A stretch of DNA of 64,000 nt, taken from positions 62,001-126,000 of the forward strand of contig NW_027191461.1 of assembly GCF_011745625.1 (NCBI RefSeq), in the 5' to 3' direction. Of this stretch, positions 55,942-64,000 are shown piece by piece. Position numbers and translations under genes: made by a program. The stretch comes from Cladosporium halotolerans (lineage: Eukaryota). A model generated the notes under the pieces. It searched no databases. It was not told where the DNA came from and saw only the letters and a list, made by a program, of their open reading frames with translations. Positions within the stretch are counted from its first letter, which is position 1. Each line of letters begins with the position of its first letter.

Positions 55942-57187
55942 GTACGGGCCTGGCGAGGCGAGAGCGAGGTGGGGGAGGGCACGTACAAGCGAGGGCTTGG
56001 GGCATGGAGAGCTCCGGTTTTTTGGTTTTTTGGTTTCTTTTTGCGAGCGCGAGGGGGTTTGGGCGCTGGCTGGCGGGTCATGTGCTGTGCGTTGCTGTGC
56101 TGTGGGCGGGTGGGAAAGTGTGGGCTACATACATAGGTGGATGTGGATGGGTAGGACTAGTGGGCGGGTGGTGCGCTGTAAGCCGTGACTCTAGTATAGT
56201 GCAGTCAGTAGTGTAGTCAGAAGCTAAGGTAAGGTAGGCACAGGCAGCGCGAGCTCGGCGAGCTGATGAAAGTGCGATGCAGTTTGCGACTGCGAGAGCT
56301 CGGCACCGGAGCCGAGGCGGGTTCGGCGTGAGGGTGGGCGTGGGAGATCAGAAGTGTGAAAGCAGGAAGCGTGGTGGGTGGGTGCCGGACCCCACGGCGC
56401 TGGTGGTGGGACGATCGTGGTTCGCACCGGGCGGGCGAGGGCGCAGTGCGCGTGCGGGCAGGGATCGAGGGTAATGGGCCGCGTGCAGCTCGCGAGCTTT
56501 GTTTGGACGTCAGGCATCAACGTGACCTGCGCGAGCTGCGAGGGCGCATGGAGGAGGGGTTGCAAAATGTGACGAGGGGCGCATCGGCGATGCGAGAGGA
56601 TGTGTCGAACGAGACAATTTGAGCTGTTTGATTGGAGAAGAATGGAATGACTTGAAGGAATAGTAATTTCTCTCTAAACTAATTAAGCAAGCGAGTGTAT
56701 GGATACCACCTGACCGCTGTATCTCCAATCGAGTTTTGACCTCCGGAAACGCCGGTCGGTAGATCGTGGAAAGAGAGAGATAAATCGCGAAGAGCAAAAG
56801 AAAACGCGCATTTGGGTATTTGAAAGAAACTGATCCTGCGTGAAAGCAAGCAAGACTTTTGTTTTGCCTCCCGATTCCCCGTGGAATGTTAATGCTCGCA
56901 AATGCAATTTGAGAAGCGTGAACGCTTGAACGCAAAATGGGCAGACGCCGTGACGTCGTCCGGGATATTGCGTGAAATCCTGATTATTGTACAGCCGCCG
57001 CTCCGTATATGCCGCGTAATGTCAGGGGAATGCCTTCCCGTTGGCCGAACTCCGGTGGTTGGTGTATCTTTGTGTACTTGGTGATAGTGATGTTGTGATG
57101 TTTTGGTGCGGGGGATGGTGACTACTGACGCAGTCCGATTCGCTCGCCATGTGACTCAGACCGGTAGGCAACAGATTGCCACCCAAT

Positions 57188-58438
57188 CTAAAGGTGTGGC
57201 GCAGCGAGTATGGGTCCGACGTTGGCGTCAAAGCGCATGCTCCAAAGGCGGATACCGGTCATGAGCTTTTCGGTACGTTCCAGCTCGCGGTCCCGGCCGA
57301 AGATGGCGTCAACGAACTCGCAGCCGCTGTTCTTGCCCATCGTGACCTTCTTCGCGTCACGACTTTCCTTCTTAGCCGCCTTCCACATGTAGTTCTCGCA
57401 GATTTTCAGGAGCTTGTTGAAGCGTTGCCAGAGTCGCTCGCCGGAGTCGAGGAAGTCATCGACCATGTCGCGTGATTTGGTTTGCCTGATGCGTGACATG
57501 GTCTCCTCAGCTCGCTTGATCTTGCCGGCCAGTTGAATCAGCAGCAGCCAGAGCTCGCCTGCAATCTCAGTCATCGGAGTCGCCGGGCCAAAGAAGAAGA
57601 CGGTCCAGTCATAGATCCATTTGCCGAGCGAGTTGGCATCGAAGACGCTGCCGAGAAGAAGGATGGGCTCCTCGGTTGGATCCCAGTTCTTGTAAGAGTA
57701 GCCGGCGGGGATGCCTGCGCGGCGAGCGTCGGCCTCTGTCGCTTGAGGTGGCGGCTTTGTCGGGTTGCTATTGCTGCTGCGAGGGCGAGGCGGCACAGTA
57801 GTGTGGGTCGGCTTCGAGGATCCTGAAGCACGTCGCGGGCGGGACTTGGTCTCTGTAGAGGTATATATAGGCACCTGATCATAACGATAATGATCAGCTC
57901 GTGCCCCGTAGTGGTAACTTGGATGTTGCTCGTATGGCGGCGGGCGCGTCGGCGACTTTTCGTAGCGTGGAAGATACTCGTAGTCAGGATCGAACTCGTC
58001 GTAGACGGGTGGCGACCGCCGGGCGGAGTAGTGCTTGCTGCTAGAGTGCCGGCGCGGCTTGCGGCTGTCCTTGTGGCCAGACGCCCGATAGGAGTAATGG
58101 TATCGGACGCCAGCGTGCTTGCGATCGGAATCACTTACATAGTCGGCACGTTGCTTGGGCGTGGAGTACGAGGAGCTGTAGTAGCCGGGCGAGGAGAACT
58201 CGGGCTCGGTCTCATAGTAGGATTTGCGCGGTGATGTCGTGTAGGTCGTCTTGTAGGTGGTGTAGCCCGCATCCTGGGTCGCGCGCCGGGAGTGACCTTT
58301 GTTCGGCGTCGAAGAGTAGACGTACTGGCGAGGGGAATAGTACGTGCTAGTCATCCCGGGAGCGGGCGTGTGAGGTGGAGTTCGGTAGTCCTGAGGCATG
58401 TAGTAAGGCGGGACCACCGGATGTTGTGTCTGGAACAT
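57188..58438 (-). CDS. conserved fungal hypothetical protein (Tyr/Ser/Pro-rich N-terminus, helical C-terminal domain)
   Basis: 416-aa ORF with coding codon bias; ATEADARRAGIPAGYSYKNWDPTEEPILLLGSVFDANSLGKWIYDWT domain recalled as conserved in Pezizomycotina. Confidence 0.85.
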   Translation of the reverse strand: MFQTQHPVVPPYYMPQDYRTPPHTPAPGMTSTYYSPRQYVYSSTPNKGHSRRATQDAGYTTYKTTYTTSPRKSYYETEPEFSSPGYYSSSYSTPKQRADYVSDSDRKHAGVRYHYSYRASGHKDSRKPRRHSSSKHYSARRSPPVYDEFDPDYEYLPRYEKSPTRPPPYEQHPSYHYGARADHYRYDQVPIYTSTETKSRPRRASGSSKPTHTTVPPRPRSSNSNPTKPPPQATEADARRAGIPAGYSYKNWDPTEEPILLLGSVFDANSLGKWIYDWTVFFFGPATPMTEIAGELWLLLIQLAGKIKRAEETMSRIRQTKSRDMVDDFLDSGERLWQRFNKLLKICENYMWKAAKKESRDAKKVTMGKNSGCEFVDAIFGRDRELERTEKLMTGIRLWSMRFDANVGPILAAPHL

Positions 58439-61400
58439 CGAGAGGCGATGAGGGCGTCCAGACGCGCCCGAGAATTGTCGTTACTGAAGGGGTTTTTCGC
58501 GCCGGTGTCGTTGCAGTCGTGTGGCCTTATCTGGGGTTGTGACGTCGGTGACAGGGCGGAGGTGGAGAGCTGGGGAGGTGGACGCGGCTCCTGTTCTCTG
58601 AAGTGTACATTTGGCTGGTGTGTGGGCGATTGCAGCGTGTGCAATCAGGACGAGATCCTAGGAGACCCCGAGACTGAGTGGCGAAAGGGCGAGCTGGTTG
58701 GTCGGTGGTGTGCGAGTGGTAGACCCGGTGGGCTATGCAGAAAGAGGAGAGGGAGGCTGGGAGAGGAGGCAGCCGAGAGTATAAGGCGGCGCCGCGTGGA
58801 GATGTTGGACTAGCTGGCGTTAGGCGTTGCAGCAAGGGCCCGGCGGCAAGGGATCGCGTGTGGCGCTGGAACGTCTGGCGGCGCGCGGTCCGTTGCAATC
58901 AAAGCCAAATGGGCGGGTGGACAGAGGCGGCGGCCGTGCGGGATGGCAAATGACAGTGCGAGAGGGAGATGAGTCGAGGGCCAGGGGCAGGGCAGGCGGT
59001 GGTGTTGGCGACGGCAGGGCAGAGGGCGCGCGGGTGGGCGGCGGCGGCGAGTCGCGGACTGAGCGTCAGGTACGGTAGGGCCTGAACGCGGTGGAGTCGC
59101 GGCGCGCGAGCTGCAGCCGGGCCGGAAGGCTGCCAGACGTGTGATGCACGCCGACAGGGCGCAGCAGGCGAAAAGGCTGTTTGCGCTGGCCAGTGGCCGG
59201 CCTTCTTCGGGCGGTCTGGTGCGGCGCTGGTGTCGACGGCACGCGAGGGTGTGTTATCCAGGGCGTGATATTGGTATTTGATACATCGCCGCTTCTCGCG
59301 CCTCCCAGCACCTTCGCTCGCCCGTGCTGCGCGCTCTCGTAAGCGGCGCGCTTGCCGCTGGCGGTGCGACGAGATGCTGCCAAAAGCGACCAGAGCACTC
59401 GGCGAGTCAGCGCCGTGTCACCCTCGCACATCGCTGCCCACAGGGACCGGGGCGATGGAGGGCTTGACTCCTCGACTCCTGCGCGCTCCGCCAGAGCAGA
59501 GTATGACTGCTGCCGCGCACTCTGCTGGTGCTGTGCGAGGTGCGTTCCCAAATATGGCGTGCAGGGCTGGGCTACAGGTCGCTCTGCTGCAGCTGCGGGT
59601 GCCGCGTGTCGTTGACTACCTGCCTACCTTACCTTGCACTATCGTGCCTGTGTGCCTAAGGACGGTCGTCTTGCGAGATGCGACGTCCTACCTACCTAGT
59701 AGGCCGGCTGCAGGCCAGACACCGCTGCGCCGTGTGAAAAGTCACTAAGGTACTGTATGTACGTCGGTACGCCGGAAGCTCTGCTGCACCCTACAGCCTG
59801 CAGCGGTTCATGCCCCATGCCCCCCTTCCTCCCTCCTGTTTGCCCGCGGCGCCGTCACCGCCACGGCACAGCGCATCGTCCTCGCCCAAGCCAGCGCGCC
59901 CAGACGCCGCCAGCCGCTGCAAGACACGCAGCGCGCCCAATCGCGAGGCGCCTGCATCGCGCTCTGCAGCCGTACATACAGATGCGTCAACGTGCGCTGC
60001 TGCGCCGTTGCCTCTGCCTTACCGTCCTCGCCCAGCGGTCCGCGCTCGGGGAGCTGGTGCGGCGGCGGCGATGGTGCATCACTGGCAGCGTCAGTGCATC
60101 ACACTGCGGTCGTGCGGCCCTCGGGCGGGTGCGCTAGGCGCTGGTGGCGGGCGGCCGGTGCATCCTCCTCGTCTGCCGGAGCGAGACATCGATATCCCCA
60201 AGATGAGGATCCGATCCGACCGCCGGGCGCCTTCGCTTCTGGAAAAAGGGAAACGCTTCCGCCCCTCCATGTCTCGCCGTTTTGGCAGCCGTTTGCCTGC
60301 GCCCGGGCACGCTCCAACTCTGTTTTGATTATTGATTATTGTTGTGGCATTTTCGTCACGGCGACTCGCCACCCTGCCACGCCCCCGTCGTTTCGTTGAG
60401 CTGCCCACAGCTCCCTCGCCTGCAATCCGCCTTTGCGCGCGCCATGACGCCGCCCTCGTCGCCGCGACTCGAGCTAACGTCCAGCAAGCTGTGCCTCCAG
60501 AGCTCTCCTCTCCGTCTCGCGAGGCGGTCACCGACATCTACTGGTTACCGACAGGAGTTGGATCTGTCGCGGCCCACTTCGCTCGACGCGACTGCGCGGG
60601 CGCATGCATCCGTACCGCCGCAGAGCAGCGCACAGGCCCGCCTCGTGTCTCATTGGCTCCTGGAGCATCTGAGCCATGCGTCAATACCCAAACAGGTCAT
60701 ATCAACAGACGCTCGCCCTGTGCAGGAACAGGCGGTGGGCAAAAATTGATTGCACCGCTGGCACCTCTCGTCAATCTGTCGCGTGCGCCGTTGCCAGAGC
60801 CGGTGCAGAGTTTTCACCTCCCATCTCATTACTCATACCGTTGATCTGGCTGCGCTTCCGAACGAGGTCTATCCTGGCGTGCAATTCATGCGTGTCTCGA
60901 GGCCGTGCGACACGCGGGTGCGAGCTGCCGTGGCTGCGTGTACGCTCCACCTGCACCCTGGGCTCGGCAAGCATTGATAGGAAAACACGGACGAGGCTGC
61001 GCAAGTTCATGCCGTCGAATTATTCCTCGCGTTCGTCCGCGCCTCTCGTGATGGCCTGAACCAATCTCATTTGCCGCTCCGGTCTCACCTCGCGACGCAC
61101 AAATAAATCCACACCGGCTCGCCGCAGATGTCATTGAGCATCGTCGCTCCTGTGCACCGGTGGCATCCCGCGCGCAATGCAACCTGTCATTCGATCCTCT
61201 GCAACCAGCAGGTCACCTGAAAACCCACGCAGGGGCTGGCTGTGCGACTGCCACGGCCGGGTGGCGGCAACGCGGCGCTCCCGGGGACAAAGAAAACCAG
61301 TTCTCTGAGCTCGTGAGCGACCAGTCGATCCCGCACCTCGAGGCTGACACGGCGTCAACGCGACATCCGAATTGAAGCCCTCGCGTCTTTGCATGAACCG

Positions 61401-61861
61401 TTCTCGTCACGCTGCACGCTTGTGGGAGTTCGCTCGACGCGTTTTCCCGCGGGCCCTGCTATAAGTCCAAGCGTTGTAGCTGCACTGCGTATCCAGCAGC
61501 CGGGTGCCTGCTGCGGGTCCCACTAAAGATGAAACCAGAAAGGCCAGTCCCTTCTTGCGGGGGTATACCCTTGGAAGTTCAGCACTATCATCAGTCCGCT
61601 GAATGCTCGCCATGACTATTCCAGCAGGGCAACAGCCTCGCGCTATGTTTGTTGATTTTTTCGCTCGTGAAGACGATGTCGTCACAGGTAGGTTTGAGCC
61701 ACTAGATTCTTCCAATTTCAATATAGTTCATACCTGGGAGTACTTCGTCCTGGACGTGGTACCACCGCGTTATTGTTTGCACGTGTGGTGGTCAGTCTGA
61801 GAAGGCGGCAGGAACGCATCTCAAACACTAATATCATTCGGACGGAGGAACCTTCCCTGCA

Positions 61862-62371
61862 ATGTCAGTCGCCGCATTGAACGTCAACACAACAACACCG
61901 ACGATCTTCCTTAACGACAAACCGATACTGGAAGTCACTGTATCAGAGTTTGCTGACACGGCTCCTGTCACTCTTCCCGTCACGCCTCCCGACACTCCAG
62001 CATTTGTACTCGGATCACCAAAGAACGGCATTATTGCTAAACGGCGCGACATCACACGAGCAATCAAGTCGATCACTCAAAGGCATCTCAGGAAACAAAG
62101 GTCTTTCTCTGGCAGCTTGAAGTCTCAGCGCAGTTTCCGAACCTTCTCCTTGGAAAAGCCAAAGGAAATAAGTGCAATCGAGTGCAAACGCGCGCAGCAC
62201 CGAGCGAAGAGGGCGCAGCGCATGGCGGGGCGGTCTGCCCAGGGGCACCTCAGAGCACCGCCGGCTCTTCTTGCGAAGAAAGCGTCTTTCGAAGGCAGCG
62301 AGATGCATTTCTTCGGCGAGTTCAAGGCCAACCCTGGGCCGTGGGACCACTATGGATGCGTCGTGTCGTAA
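61862..62371 (+). CDS. hypothetical protein (169 aa)
   Basis: ATG-initiated ORF with protein-like composition (LPVTPPDTP, basic RSF repeats); no family recognised. Confidence 0.45.
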   Translation: MSVAALNVNTTTPTIFLNDKPILEVTVSEFADTAPVTLPVTPPDTPAFVLGSPKNGIIAKRRDITRAIKSITQRHLRKQRSFSGSLKSQRSFRTFSLEKPKEISAIECKRAQHRAKRAQRMAGRSAQGHLRAPPALLAKKASFEGSEMHFFGEFKANPGPWDHYGCVVS

Positions 62372-62849
62372 AGGGGCAATGAGAACTGTTCGGTTTGTGC
62401 ATAGCGCTGTACATAGGTCATGATATTACGATCCTTCCCTCGACTGCTCAGAATGGCTTTGGGCATCAAGCCCTCACGCAAATTTGCTCGCTTAAGAAAG
62501 TCAATGGCACGATTCGTGTCGATCTCGTCGCTGCAGGGTTGTCGAGGTTGATTAAAGCTCTCCTAATTCTCCGTCAAAGCGGACCGCTCCTTGGACCCGC
62601 TCCGCCGCTCTACCCCACGGCACTGACGCACTGCCGAGCGCCTTCGACTCCAGCCACGTGCGGCCAGCCAGACGGATCCGGCTTCCCGATCACCGCCTAC
62701 CTTCCGCCTAGGCATCACAACACCGACGCATTCATATCCGGCGCAAGTACTTTGCAGCCAAGCCAGCAGCCCGCATCGCTGTACAGCAAGCTCCCTTCCA
62801 GAGTTGCACAAGTTCCAACATCCTCCCTCAGCCCAGGCAACCTCCAGCC

Positions 62850-63656
62850 ATGAGCTCAACAACATCCCCTCACCAACTCCTCCTCCTCGCCGACCACCTC
62901 AAACTCTCCCTCCTCGAGCGCCAGCGCGCCGTAACCCTCAACCTCGAACCCAACAAGCAAGACGCCCACATCACCCGCTCCCTCACCTCCCTCCAAGAAG
63001 GCCTCGAGCACCTCGAATCCCAGCACGCAGACCTCGGCGAAGCCGACGACAACAACTCAGACCTCACCAAGCTCCGCAAGCAATATAGCGACCTCTACGC
63101 ACAATTCCATGGCTCCGCGCCCCCAACACCCGCGTCACGAAAACCAAACAACCCGGCTCTGAGCGACGACTTCGCCGCCGCGCAGGAGCGCCCCGGCCCC
63201 GGCCGGCGGAACAAGAGCGTGCGGTTCCGCGACAACCCAGACGAGCAAGAGCAAGAGCGAGAAGACCCCGCCGAGGCCGCGAACCGCGCCGCGCTCTTCT
63301 CCGACCAGGAGCGGTACACGGACGAGCCCGCGGCGCCGAGCCAGGACGAGCTCTCGAACCAGCAGATCCACGACTACCACAAGCAGGTGCTGCGCGAGCA
63401 GGACTCGCAGCTCGACACGCTGGGCCAGAGCGTGCGGCGGCAGCGCGTGCTGGGCATCCAGATGGGCGACGAGATGGACGAGCAGAACGAGCTGCTGACG
63501 GACGTGGAGGGCGGGGTGGACAGGCATCAGGGGACGCTGGATAGGGCAAGGAAGAGGTTGGGGAATGTCGCGCGGAAGAGCAAGGGGAATTGGAGCTGGA
63601 TTACGATTGCGATTTTGATTTGCGTGTTGGTGCTGTTGATTGTTGTGCTGAAGTGA
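62850..63656 (+). CDS. SYN8: Qc-SNARE, Syn8/syntaxin-8-like
   Basis: LLLLADHLKLSLLERQRA N-terminus; SNARE motif EQDSQLDTLGQSVRRQRVLGIQMGDEMDEQNELL; C-terminal transmembrane anchor. Confidence 0.85.
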   Translation: MSSTTSPHQLLLLADHLKLSLLERQRAVTLNLEPNKQDAHITRSLTSLQEGLEHLESQHADLGEADDNNSDLTKLRKQYSDLYAQFHGSAPPTPASRKPNNPALSDDFAAAQERPGPGRRNKSVRFRDNPDEQEQEREDPAEAANRAALFSDQERYTDEPAAPSQDELSNQQIHDYHKQVLREQDSQLDTLGQSVRRQRVLGIQMGDEMDEQNELLTDVEGGVDRHQGTLDRARKRLGNVARKSKGNWSWITIAILICVLVLLIVVLK

Positions 63657-64000
63657 GGGGACACGACGATCTTAGATGGCGTTTTAGCTTGTTCTGTTTG
63701 GGCGGGCATTTTGTACAGAGATATCCTGGAGTTTGTTGTGTTGGGTTTCGTATATCTAATGTTAGACGGCTACGGGTACTCCAATAATACTCTAAATGCC
63801 ATTTCATGCCAATATTCACAAGGGTTGATTAAGGTGGATCTATCTTCCCCGCTGGTCTAACAAGCCGAGGTTTATCGGTGGGATGGATCAAGTTGCCTTT
63901 GGAGACGGCTGATAGCACACGAATCGGCACCCCAGACGTCATGATCTTCGGTCTCGCATAAGCTGACTCGGCGGGCGAGTTGTCACTTCGAATATTTGTA

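Overview
Eukaryotic DNA from a filamentous ascomycete (Pezizomycotina; a Dothideomycete is my impression only). It is GC-rich, with short GT-AG introns (about 50-95 nt) carrying CTRAC/CTRAY branch sites. About 24 protein-coding genes can be supported: a bZIP transcription factor, an Ame1/CENP-U-motif protein, a myosin regulatory light chain, a Cys-rich Zn-finger-like protein, a SIRT4-type sirtuin, a Bys1-like secreted protein, a hemerythrin-HHE protein, Dcc1, a Bud3-like RhoGEF, succinate-semialdehyde dehydrogenase, a PTH11-like membrane protein, Mtr3, Elp4, a secreted type-B carboxylesterase, an MFS transporter, the Cdc11/Nud1/SepK SIN scaffold, a Syn8 SNARE and several hypotheticals, plus one nonsense-interrupted gene. 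I recognised no tRNA, rRNA, CRISPR array or intact transposon. The window is mostly core housekeeping sequence and I cannot demonstrate a new multi-gene system. The best leads are an ATF4/cpc-1-like uORF layout in the bZIP leader, an obligatory 5-nt micro-exon, a possibly dual-targeted hemerythrin, a kinetochore-motif protein lacking the usual coiled coil, an unannotated-looking 81-aa membrane microprotein, and loose co-location of septation genes. All family calls come from motif recognition, not database searches.
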